This document shows, in pieces, positions 1-13,100 of a stretch of DNA of 64,000 bases. Below the pieces are notes generated by a model. It worked only from the letters and a program-made list of their open reading frames with translations, was not told the origin of the DNA and ran no database searches. The translations under genes were made by a program, and so were the position numbers. Within the stretch, counting starts at the first letter, position 1. Each line of letters begins with the position of its first letter. The stretch lies in contig CM120640.1 in NCBI GenBank assembly GCA_051362555.1, positions 5,952,001-6,016,000 on the forward strand. The letters are read 5' to 3'. This DNA comes from Lingula anatina (taxonomy: Eukaryota > Animalia > Brachiopoda).

Positions 1-3000
1 GTTGTGGTGGTCCTTAACTTTGAACTTTTTCATTGCAAATATTTAGCAATTGTTATTTAACCTCATTCTATGCAGAACTTGCTTTATGCCACTCACCTCA
101 GGCAAGATGATTTAAGTCTGATAAATGTCAACGTTTATTTCATGTTGTTTTCTTAAATGCACCTATTTTCTTTTGAGATTGTCTACATAAGTGTCCAAAA
201 GAACATTGACCCTTTTAAGTAATGTAATTACAATGTCTGCTCAAAAATTGCTTTTTTATGGGAAGTGAGAATGCAAGGAATGTATTTAATCATTCAGATA
301 GCTGAGCACAAGCTAAGGAAAAAGTGGCTCTCAAAAATGTAGACTAATTATAAGAGATGATTGGGTTCAGTACCCACAAGAATAAAGAAGATAAGCACTA
401 AGAAATAATTGAGCAAATCCGAATAATTTATTAGAAAATATGTGCCAAAACCCTTTGTAGTTTTAATTTGGCCTCACAGTGGTGTCTAAGTCTTCTGTAC
501 AACAGAATGAAATTTAAAATTCACAGATCAACTTGTCCATTACCCCAATTTACAGCTTATTGATTGACAATTCAATAAATGTATGGCTGGAACAATTATT
601 TGTAAAACGTTTTAATGTTTAAGCAACATCTTTATTTTTAAAGGAGACAGTGGGGCCAGTATTGTTAGAACAAGGCTGAAGTTAACTATTCAAAACTTTC
701 ACTATAATTTGTAGATTGGATCTGTAATGTCAGCTGAATGTCACAAATAATATTGACAAAAAAGTAACTGTGAAGAAATAGTGTCCATCTCTGGTTTGCC
801 ATTATTAAATTGTTACAACTGTCCAAGTTGTTTTAAATTTTATTTCTTAACATTTATTTCAGTGGTCTATGTGACCAGTGTGAGATCCTGTATGAATTGT
901 TTTCCATATTCAGTATATTTGCACTTTATGAAATGCCAAGAAGCACAAATGAAAACTATTGCAACCAATTTAAATTATTTATTTACAATTTATTCATTAA
1001 AGAGTTGTTATGGCCAATCCGATTGATGTTACAATGAATTGTTCCTTAAACTAGATGGCGACATTAATATGCTGATTTATCAAATTTGACCTTTTACGGG
1101 TCACATGGTTATGCAGATATTCTGTAGTAGTATTTGTATTGTGCTGGTAAACGTTGGAATTAATACGTGTATAAATAGTAGAATCTGTGATATTGTTGAT
1201 TTTAACACAATTTGATCAGATAGTATTTGGTTTCCTTTTACTCCCAAACTAAGCCCTGGTAAGACAGGTGTAGCCAGTTATTTCTAGCGGTCTCACTGTT
1301 CTTGTATTACTGCTAACACTTTCTGCGTATTTGTTTCTTGCACTGGTTGTTATTAAACGTGGACCATCAAGGATTGTTTCCGTTGCATGTACTTTTAAAC
1401 TTTCGGTACTTATCATTGTTTGTGTTTTCATTGTATGTGATTGTTTGATTTACAGGAATGAAACTTGTTTGGGTCTTTATGTTTTTGACTTTTTTTCTAT
1501 CTTCAACGTTCAGTGCTTGTGTCCAAGTTGTATATTATAATAATGGTCTATTCGGTAGATTTAATTAAATTAGGTAAGAGGTTTATTATTAAAACTAAAT
1601 TGTTTCTAATACACTCAACGAGTGACTTAGAAATTAAAAAGACTAATTTATAAAAGAGTTCTTACACGTACAGTTTGACTATATCTTCTCATAAGCAAAA
1701 AAAATTCTGTATGCAAAATAGTAATGATGTTGAAAATTTGTGCCGTTCATTTTGAAAATCGTTCCAGCTAATAATTTCATCTCATTACGCAAGATTGAAA
1801 CTCAAAAGGGGTGGAATATAGACTCACTGGCGGCAAGATATGTGCTTAAACTGGGAATATCTTTATTCGATGTCTTCGCATGGAGGGACGAGTTTCTTTT
1901 TCTCTGCTTTTAATGTATACGAGTAGATATACATATTCTTATAATTGACGTTAGCTGTTTTACGTGGTTTCTATTATTTCAGCAACAATGACATCATGTT
2001 CATGGAAGGTACTGTGGCCGAGTATTACTGATTTCATTGATTTTCACGTCCTTTTAAAATGTGCAAATTTAATCAAGCGCTACCGAACAAAACTCGTACA
2101 GGTAGCAGAAAATCTCTGTAAAGTTTTCAAATCTTACGCCCATTTTAAATATAACCTTATTCTGAGTAGCAATGAACTTGCTCATGATTTAGTTGTGTTT
2201 GAAAGGGCTGAATTCTTTGTGCACAATAGCTAGTTAAGGTAGGAGGCCAAGGTAGTGTCGCACCTGTTATGCCAGGCCCCGTGACCCGCAACGTTAACGG
2301 AAGAACAACGCCGTGTAGTTCATTCAGCATAATGATATAACAGGACGGAACTGAATTACAGCTCCAGGATATGGCGACAGGTATACCAGTATGATAGTTT
2401 ATAGAACATCCTGGTTGGATTAAAAATGCTACTTCTTAAAGTCACCCTACAATGAGACAATCTAACGCGATCCGCCGCTGCTAAATATAGGCGTCAACAT
2501 ACACAGGTAGAAGAAAACGTGAAAGGATACCTGGGCATACCTGTACCTCCATTGCTCCATCGAAGAAACTGCGTACTTCAGTACTTTAATGTGCAGTTTA
2601 GAAACGATCGTGAATTATTTATATAAACACGACATTCCGTGGCGTCACAGACAGTCTAAGGGATCTACGAAGGCCAGTACCATCAACACGGTAAGGCGTA
2701 GGGTATGTGTTATTTTCAACCAGGTTACGCCTTCCTCGAATCGAGGGACTACCATTATAAAGGCGTAGGGAAAATAGAGAGTATACAATGTCACTACATA
2801 CGATGCGGTTAGGGCACAACTGAAGTCCTCATGTTTGATTCAATTTATTGTGAACAGCTAAAAAGTAATGCTACCCCCTCGGCTCTACGTGTTTTGCCAT
2901 CACCTAAACCATAGCAGTTCTGATATATTTCTAAATTACTAAGTATACTCCTAAGTTGTCTGTTTCATTCCATGGTAACAAGTTATCATCCCGCAGGGTT

Positions 3001-4116
3001 ATTTATGTTTTCACACAAAATTCCAATGAAGAGTAGCGGACATTTTTTCAGTTCTCTTTCTAGAAATCGTTCTGGGCGTTGATTTACATCTTCCCGACAT
3101 TAAGATCTCAGGCTGTTAATTTAGACAGTCTAGATAGTCTCCGTCTATTTGTGTTTGTCTGTGGACGGTTGGTTTATCTTGCGGAAATATAATTGTGATA
3201 AAAATGGAGCAAAGGAGTGTCAAAAATGTTGAGAAATATCCTAGACTGTCATAAGCATGGACTCACCATTATTAGAATTGAGCGAGTAGAGCGGGTCAAC
3301 GTACACGTACCTTTCATTAGCTTTACTTGTGTTCGAATCTGTATGGCTATGAGCAAATGTCTAAATTTAGAATCACTGTCAATAATAGACCCTTTTTGTT
3401 GCTGGTCCATAAAAAGGGATATCATAAAGCATGACAATAAACGAGGTGAACAGCGCAAAAATAATGATTAACGCATTTTCCTGTCGTTCTGTATACCTTT
3501 GTCTATTTTGAGTTTCGAACTCGAAACTACTCCACCAATGATTCATTTTTAAAATAAAATTCACTTTGCTTAGCACGAAGGAACGCTTACACGTGCTTCT
3601 ACGCATTTACCTTTTGGTGAATTTCATTATGTACAATGCATTCAACGGGGCCCAATTCCACACAATCTCTATCTACTTTGACCGAAGGTAAATCAGAAGA
3701 TGTAAAATTTAATGCAATATTGTTCCCGTGTTGCAGCAAGAAAATAGTGTATTGCCCCACTGTTTTACAAAAACAATATTCATTCTATGTTAGTGGTCAA
3801 CTGTAGATCTATCCTGAATTGTACTGGACGAAATATTAAGCCTTCAGATTCAGGGTAACTTTTAGTTCTTGTGTGAAATCTAAAGATTGTCTAAAAATAA
3901 GTGACACGGTTGGATGACCATCTTGTACACTCTGCTCCCAATAGCTACATGCAACAGCTACATCACATACGATCCACTTTTTTATCAGCATTTTTACTGA
4001 TTTATTATTTATTTATTTATTTATTTTTTTTAGTTTCATCTGGATATCATCTGGATATCAAAGGATCTAATGCGGTGAAAGTCGAAAAATAATTCAAATA
4101 ATCAATAACCAGACGG

Positions 4117-7100
4117 ATGGCAATAGAAAAAATGACAAAACTGGCTTGGTGGTTATTATCGCTGCAATTGCTCATTGTGTCAGTATCAGCGGGTTTGGTG
4201 AACGTGGCTCTTAAAAAGCCCATCCGCGTTCTCCCGGAGAGCTCCACTTGCGGAATGAACTCTACTGGAGATTTAGCACACGCGTGTCTCGGAAACCAGT
4301 GCACACCATTAAGCTGTCCATCGCCGTGCACTTCTAGGTCTCAAGCGGAAACAGTTTTGTTGGATATCTCCAAGAGTGTGTCTCAAGCAATACGTGATGG
4401 GCGCTGTTCACAAGCCCCAAATCAAAGCAGCATTCAAACGAACAGGCAGCATTTGATTTTTGACGGGAATAACGCCTGTAGAGTTTCCCTTAACGGCACC
4501 TTGCCATCCTTCGTGAATGACGAGCTTTCGGTCTCCATGTGGGTGAAACACGGATTTACAATAAACTCACTACAGTAAGTTTTAGACTATACATTAAAGA
4601 CTGCAAACGGTTGAATGGTAGCCATATTTTGCAATATTTTAGTTAAAGTTACGTAACTTCTCATGCTTATAATAGTCTTAGTACTTTGGTCAGCTTGATG
4701 GCTCTTTGACGAAAAAATATAAAGTACATAAGTGGATGATATAAACCGGAGGATTCTGTCTGTTACCTGTTACCATAACTTTCTAAACTATTTCAGGCGT
4801 GAAGTAGTATTGCTGAACGCGTTTCAAAACATACCAGGCGATTCTTCGAAAATGATGTTTGCCATATCTTTAGTTCACAACGGAAATGAACATGTTCTTG
4901 CCTTGAAGCTTCGGGACTTAAATGGTGCAACCACTACTGGTTATTTTAGACCTGCCATCCAACCATTAGAATGGACTCACGTGGCCTTACAGGTACTGAT
5001 ATTAATAGGCCTACGGGTTATCTAACTTTATTAAGCGCGATTTTTGTTTTCAGAATAACATGATTTGTCAAATTTAGATAGGTTTTTGTCTTGTTTCCTC
5101 CTGCATTAAAAGGGCTCGCTTTTGCAAAAATGTATAAAAGTGAAAATGGTCACAACTGTGTAACTTTCATTTATAGCAGTGTATCAAAAATTATACTAGT
5201 TACATGTAAACAAGTGTAATTTTAGTTTAAGTACTACAGTGTATATATGTGATATCTTTACAAAGCGACGGAAATGAATATTCCCAACCTTAAAAGCAGT
5301 GTCTCCTGTATTGCCAGAAAATGTATTTTTAAATATAAATGCCATCTTTTGAAGAACATGATGTATAGCACCATGTGTTGCCTTGCATTGAATTTTCCAG
5401 GGTTATTCCGGGATTTACTCCATTTTCATGAATGGTACGGTAGCTTCCCCACGACTTGAACGAGTGACACCGAGAACGTATGCTGTTTATAGCTACTTTT
5501 TTGAAGTAGGAAATGTGGCAAGTAAGAGAGCCCAAATACTACATTTTTTAATTAGTAGACTTGTGAAAATGTACTTTATTGCCTCGAGAATGAAAAGAAA
5601 TTAACCTTTTACTTCAGTGCATAAATATACAGTCGATATACATGTAGCTGGAATCATGCTGCACCGTTAGGTAACGGTGTATAACAGATTGTTGAATGTA
5701 TGCAAATATTTTGTTTATGAACAACATGTGTCATGAAAGCCATCTTAAGAACTGAAATTAAACTAAATACAGTCCCTTAGCCCGGGGGAGGGGGTGTTCG
5801 GGGAGTTCGTAAGTACCATCCTTTTTGCCAGGAAGAAGTCCACTCTGGATAAAATTTGATCTCAGTACACGAAGGTGTCATGGTAAAGGGTCCTCTTATT
5901 TAGAGAAAGAAGCCGCTCTTTGAAGTCGCTGCCGCATTCAGCCAATATATTGATGCTTATCTTTAGATTCATCAATCACGACAACCCCAAACTGGGAGAT
6001 GCGCGACGTGCAAGTGTACAACGCTACACTAACAAACAGGTAATTAACTCTAATTGAAAGAATCATAGGCTGCATTCAGAACAGCGGACTAAGGGTGCTT
6101 TTCCAGAGATTTAGATCTATCTAAAGATTATGTTTTAGATCGACCTAACTCCCTGGGGGTTCAGGTTAAATTGCAGTCAGCCGAGCGGACACCATAGTTA
6201 ATTACCCCCTCACAGCTTTTAGTAGGTGGGACAGACGCTTAAGCCGGCCAAGCTGACAGTAATCTAGTGAGACTCCCCACAGGGATAGATCGATATAAAA
6301 ATCTATGGAAATGTGGTGTAATATGGCGACTGACCTAAGCTTGCCATCTAATCCGCTAATAGACACTGAATAGATTCCCCGTGGGAAAGTATTCAAGTGG
6401 GTCGGCCATATTTTACCCATGGACTAGTTAGCCACTGTTCTGAATGCGGCTATATACATCGTTGACATATATCCATTCCCATGCAAAATAAATATGTTTA
6501 TACACGTATGTGTACCAGCTAGTCAGTATACACACCCTGATAATTTTTGAGAGAATTAAAATAATTTATTGGATCGACACAAGAGGCCTACTAAGGGCTC
6601 ATTCCCAATGGAACTATCAGCCTATGTAGATCAATCCAACTACTCGGGGAGGGGGGCTTGTTGATTGCAATCATATTAAAAGATACACATGCCTCTTCTT
6701 GTTACCAACGTATTCAAGGCCAGGAGGGGAGGAGACGTTAATTTCTTGATCTGATTGCATTCAGCGACAGTCCCCGCGGAGAACGATAGTTTCATAGGGA
6801 ATGAACCCTAATAGATGATACAAGTCACATGTGTGTGTGAACATACTTGAATTTTCTGTTAGAACACGCATAAATGATTCACCCTGCACTTGAGATTCAA
6901 CAAATAATAGCGTTTAAATTTTACAAGTTGAAGTGAAGTGGACAAAACAAAAGACATTTCAGTATTTTATCGCTGTTATAAAATGATAGTCATGCGTTAA
7001 TCTAACTTGGGACACATTTCAGAGAAATCTACGCTTTGTACAAAAGCGCACCTGTAAAGGAGGTAGGACTGTACTATCCAACCTGCCGCTGCCCCCCTGA

Positions 7101-10100
7101 CTTTCCCGAAATAACTGACGACAACACCAGTTTTTGTAAAGACAATAGTGGGCAAAATGAGAGAATAGTCCCAAGGTACCTTTATAGCCTTTTCCATTTT
7201 GGTAGGAATGAGAAGTAGTGTGTTACCCTGTAAAAACTGTTACAGGGAATTGAAATGCAAATAGCTGAGCTTTGAACTAGGTGTCTGCATTTAATTTAAA
7301 TTAAAAATACACATATTTTTTCCGACCCCTGGTGGCATTAGTATTAGTATTAGTCGCTCTTCGTCATTCACCACTTTCAAATATTTTTCTGTTCAAGCCT
7401 ATTTTAAGGACAGTCATAAAATGGTGTACTATATTTTATTCATTATTACCCGGCGAGTAAAAGATGTACTGCAGACCTTTTCTTACATATACCAACTTAT
7501 AAATTGTAGGGTAAACTTCTCTGCACATCTTCCCGAGTACGCTAATGACGGTCGTTTGTCAACCTCTTGGGTATCTGCCGGCAGCAGCGAAGTTACACTG
7601 CAGATAGACCTACTGGATGATTTCATTGTAATTATTTCCTCTTTTTAATATTCCCCATATACGCTGTTTTTCATTTGTTGGACAATATTATTATTAAAGA
7701 CACCAAAAAATGAAACACCATAGCATTGTAAGATCTTGAATTCATTTGACTTGTCGTTGTGCCTGATCGGGGAAGTTGATCCTACGATAAATTTCCATGA
7801 TCATACATGTATCAACCACGACTAAAAGACGTACGCAAACATCTTGAAACTGTTTAAACCTCGTGGTAAATGGGAATAACGTATATTCTATCAATTGGAG
7901 AAGTTTTCATAGACATACATGCAATTTCCAAAATTTATTTATATCTTTGTTTTATCTGTTTTTAATTTAACCTTTTCATGTATTCTGTTTTTCGTTTTAG
8001 GTAACAGAGATGCTGTTTCGATTTGTCAATTGTCCCCGTGCTATGACAGTTATTGGGACAACATGGGGGTTAGATTTTCGGTAAGAAGTTTTAACGTATA
8101 TTAAGACAACTGTTAGCACATAGAAACGCGACAGAACATTATCAACATATTTATTGTTAATAAGCCGACTTTATAAATGGAAGGGACAAGTTTCTAAACC
8201 TGAGAGGCTCTTGCCCAGGTCGGGCAATGAACATAAAGAATTTAGATAACGGTCAGTTTTAATTTTACAAATATGTTCTCTCTATTTTCAGTCAACCAAT
8301 TGATATGATATTATATTTTTTTGAACTTCTAGGGAAACGTACGATCCAGTAACGTGCGTCGACGGCACTTTCAGAATAAGTGTGTACAATATGTCAAAGT
8401 CCATACAGGATTCCTTCACACGATGGCAATACAGAATGATGAAACACGTTTCTTTTTACTTCACCAAACCAGACAGTTATCAGGGACGACACACACCCGT
8501 TGGAATATATGAAGTTGATATTTTGGGAGAGTGAGTATATATATTTATTGAAAATCTTTTACAATAGGTGCTTGGAATATGGTATGGCTGATGGATAACT
8601 TACGTTTTGTACTTTGGTGCATTCTTTGAAAGGTGAATTTGTTTTGCTGTAAGAGCATTTGACAAAATAGCAAATTAGCACAACGAAAATTTAGTTTCTT
8701 CATCGCCGGTGACCTTTTTTCAACTTGCAACCCTATTTATAATTTTATTTCTATTTTATTATAATTTCTATCTAAATTAAATTCTTTATGCACAGATGTA
8801 ACTGCTTTGGCCACGCCAGTAGTTGTGATGCCAGCGTGCTGCCGTACACATGTCAGTGCCAGGACAACACTGAAGGTTCTGCTCGGCACTGTGACAGCTG
8901 TGTTGATGGCTCCTACAGACCATCTGGGGGTCGTATCCCTAATTATCTGTTGCCGTGTGTACGATGTGGGTGCCACCCGGATGGTACAGAACCTGGGACG
9001 ATATGTTCTAAAGTATGTTTATGAGAGCACTCAGAACACCAGACTAACAGATTCCAAGATCAAATATGGCAAACCACTAAAAACTTGCTGCTTAATTCCC
9101 AATTAAGCACTGAATAGATTCACTACAGGGATTACGCAACAAGCATTCAAATGGGTTGGCCATATTTGATCTGGGGATCTGTTAGTCCGCTGTTCTGAAT
9201 GTGCTCCATCTTAAAAGTGGCAAATGTTCATCCTGGAGTATTAAAGATGCATACAAAGTCCATTTTTTGTCACAAAAACCAACCAAATGCCAGCAAATAG
9301 TTTCAAGTAGTATAACTAAGAGAATTACCAAAAGGCATTGTTTAATTTTAACTGGAAATGATGTTTGAACGGATTTTTCTGCTGGCATTCTAAGCTGTAT
9401 GTCAATGGGGCAGGAAAGTAGGTCACGAAAGTAGGTTAAATTTACAACCAAAAATTTAAAGAAAGGAGCAGTCTAAAGGTCTTTTATGGCTGATCGATTG
9501 ATCTATTCAGTTTATGCCTTGGCATGTCGAATTAATTTGAGTCATATAAGAATCTAGTAGAAGTGGTTTACATGTGTTACTGGGAATCCACACTCCACCG
9601 ATGCTCGGTTCGTATGTACCTTTAAAGGACAATGGTCACTCCCCTCTCTACTATTGGCATATCTCTACCATCCGACATTTTTGATTATAGAGTTTTCAGT
9701 GTCCTCTGAAACTAAGGGTACAAATGTTACATTACTTTATATAATGCAATCAAAAACAAATGTTACACTTATTTGGTATATTGTCACAAAACATCTTCCA
9801 AAAGATGGTCAGAATTTTTAAGTTTACACTGGCAGGCATATAATTTTTTCTGACAGAAGTCAGTCAAAAATGGAGGATGGATCAACAAAGATAGTTTGGA
9901 AGACTGTCAGAAAATATCTCTGGATCCACCCACTAGGTTATATTGCAGATTTTTGTATGTGACTGTCACCAACAACAATATACTCTATTATTGACAATTT
10001 GAGTAGATTTTTACATTTTAATTCTTTCATAATTCATGATTAGCCATGAAACTCTGAAAACTTTGTATATATAACTTTATGGACATCAATTTTCATCTGA

Positions 10101-13100
10101 ATTCTCAGACCATTTTTACATTTTTTTATGTAATGCAATCTGAAACAAATCATGCATTGATATAGAATCAAGCTGTCATTCTTACTTACCTTCTATATTG
10201 GTCTTGGCATAGGTTGGAGGTGTATGTACCTGTAAAGCCAATGTCCATGGAGACAAGTGTGACACCTGTAAGGCAGGGTTCTATGGCCTCAGTACATCAC
10301 ACGCAGATGGCTGTATCCCTTGTAACTGTCACCCTGAAGGAACAGTTAGTCAACAAATAAATGCATGCCACAATGTGACTGGGAAATGCCAGTGTAAGGA
10401 AACAACGTACAGAGAGTCAGCTGGACGAAACTGTGTAAGAATGTTATCTTTTTTCATGTAGAGAAATTTGTGAATTTGTGAAATATTAAACATCCAGTAT
10501 TATGGAAGGCTATTATATTATTAAAATCCATTTTAATGGAATATTTGGTGTATCAAAGGCCACCTTTTTCATAAAGCTTGGTTTGATGTAAGCCCAGAGA
10601 TTTTATATTTCAGTCTCAGTGGAAATTATAATATATGCCAAGGCTTAAAAGCTCATGCTATTCTCTGAACATTTGTTATAAAAGTAGGAAAATTTTGATT
10701 TTACTTCACATCTTGTACAGGAGCCTTTCCTCATTAACTCGCCACTGGAGCCAAGTTATGGTCCAAAGTCTGGTGGTCCACGCATAGCATTGCAAGGGGG
10801 ATACCTCCAAAATGTTACTGTCTTATTTGGGACAAAATCTTGGTAAGGTATGCTTTTTATAGATCAGTTTGTTCATACCCATTAGATTAAAATGACTCTA
10901 CTTTCTCTTACAATCTTTTTCATTTTTTGCACACATCCATATTTCATTATTTGTTTGCTTATAAGCTTCCCCATGACTAAAACATCATACATCTAATTGC
11001 AAATTTAATTCTAAAATATTCTATTTGAACTTCTGTTTTAGCATTATTGAGAACCAAACTGATACCTTCATTCTTATGAGGCCACCTTTAAGTAATGAAA
11101 GCATCAGTGTTTCAGTGAAGATTTATTCTAATCTGACCAATCCACCATCAGAAAAACAAATTGGAGAATACACATACAGACCTGATCCTGTTTTAGAGAG
11201 CATCGAGCCAACAAAAACCATCTTAAGGTCTGGTTGTTTTTCATTGATAAGTAACTTTTGAATATCTCTTTTTGGGGATATCATAGATATAAATATTAAG
11301 GCATGACACTTTGAATGCATATTATATTTTGATAACATTTTAATGATTTCATCTCTCTCTTTATAAAACATATATCCTTGGTGGTCAATATCCAACTGTG
11401 TATACTTCATTATGATGGGTATATTTATGTCATTTTTTCATTCTCCCCAAAAATATTTCTGAAGGAATTCTAGTTAGATGTAAGTTGTCTTGCATCTTCT
11501 TCTTTGATCTTTAAAGCATTGCCCTAGATGTATGTCACATCATTATGAGCAATGAAAGAATTATGGTATCTTTCTCAAAAATTGTTGTGTCAAAAAAAAG
11601 TTCTGTTCACCTACCCTATTTACATAAACCAAGTTACCAATTTTGTCTGGCCTAACACTAGAAATGGTACATGTTGGAACTTGCTGTTTTGATGGTTAGT
11701 CATTGTTAGAAAATTGCCATAGGGCCAGGAAATTTTTACCAATACCCCATGAATGGTCAATTTAAAGTGTTTGTATTTTGAATGAACAGAGGTGGTATAC
11801 CATTGACCATGATAGGAAGGCACATGGATTCTTCTGCCCAGACATTTATGTTGGTATACATTGTCTATCAAGACAAACTTGACCAGAGCCTCATATCCAT
11901 TGTAAGTACAAGATGTACTAGTATATTGTTCTAATACTTAAGTATGTCATATAATATGATAACATGATATATTCATTAGAACAAGTGCATGTTCTGCTTA
12001 AGACACACCTCAAGCAAACTACATGTAATTTTAACTCAAAATAATTCGAAGGAACTTTGAAAGAAATTATTCCTTGAAAATGTCCCTTTTATTGCCAATG
12101 GAAATAAGTAAAGAAAACATGGTTTGTCAAGATTACTTATTAAATGGAAAAATAAAAATATTGCATGCAATCTATCACACACTGTGGCATTGAAAGCAAA
12201 TCTTTAGCTTGTACTTTCTTTCTTTTTTCTTCATGTAAAGTTGTGCAAATTGGAGGAAAACAGCAAGACCAGGTTGATATGTCCTACTCCACACATCACC
12301 CTGCCACCAGAGTATACCAGCAGACAAGTGGACAACCCAGACGGACTCCTCAATGAGCAAGGAGTTCTCCAGTTTTACCTTGGATTACAGTTTGAGACAT
12401 ATTATAAATATGCCAATATCAGTGCTGAACTTGTGAGCTATGGCATGTTGCAAGTGTATCAAGATCCCGTGATCCATACATTTTCAGAGCCTAACCAGTT
12501 GAAACCTTTTGACTATAAAACTCGTCCACAGATTGATATAAAGGTAAAGAACATTGATGCCCTTTAGTACACCGAAAAAAATGTTCCGCTTTATATGATA
12601 ACTTACACACTAAATTTGCAATAGTTCTTTTGTTTTTCACTTCATATGTATCTAACAGTATCTGTAAAGAAAAAAGGAAATACTTAATGCATTAGGATTA
12701 CAGTAACAGTAAACTGCAGATTTCTATCAACTTATAGGTTACAGTCACTTATCATAAGGATTGCTCTCCACAGTTAACTTATGCATAAATGCATTTTTGT
12801 TACTTGCTATAAATTAATTTTATAACCAATTTTCTCATCTTTGTACAATTATAGGGAGAGAGGCTAACATCAGGAGCAAATACCAATCACTACATGGTTC
12901 AAGTAGGCCAGAGTGGCAGATGTACCATAGCTGATGTCACCTCAAACCAGCTAACCTGCTCACCTCCTACATCAAAACCTGTATTGGGAAATGTCATTGG
13001 ACATAACAACTCACCACGTGTGTTGGTAAGCACATGATGATGCTGCCTCCAAACCACTGCCATACTTGGATTTGTACCTTCAGTATTCTTTCAAGTATCT

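Larger units (their letters stand above)
4117..10434 (+). other. Usherin-like N-terminal module of the RTK (exons 1-10): LN start, LamG-like domain, shortened LN, laminin-EGF repeats
   Basis: Motifs occur in the order I recall from usherin: [122 protein letters not shown], then LE repeats [31 protein letters not shown] and CNCHPEGT. Confidence 0.82.

Noticed and set aside
1-4033. Short ORFs upstream of the RTK (781, 1331, 1964, 2619, 3217 and others)
   Set aside because: No recognisable domains and no consistent splice chain. The region is probably the end of an upstream 3' UTR plus the RTK promoter and 5' UTR, but neither could be demonstrated.
5781-5935. G-rich intronic segment resembling a dispersed repeat
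   Set aside because: No second copy, TIR or TSD could be established within the window.
4117-10434. A stand-alone usherin, netrin or laminin gene separate from the kinase
   Set aside because: There is no stop, FN3, C345C or coiled-coil exon after LE3. Exon 10 splices in phase to the IPT exon 286 nt away, and the IPT-kinase half has no signal peptide of its own.
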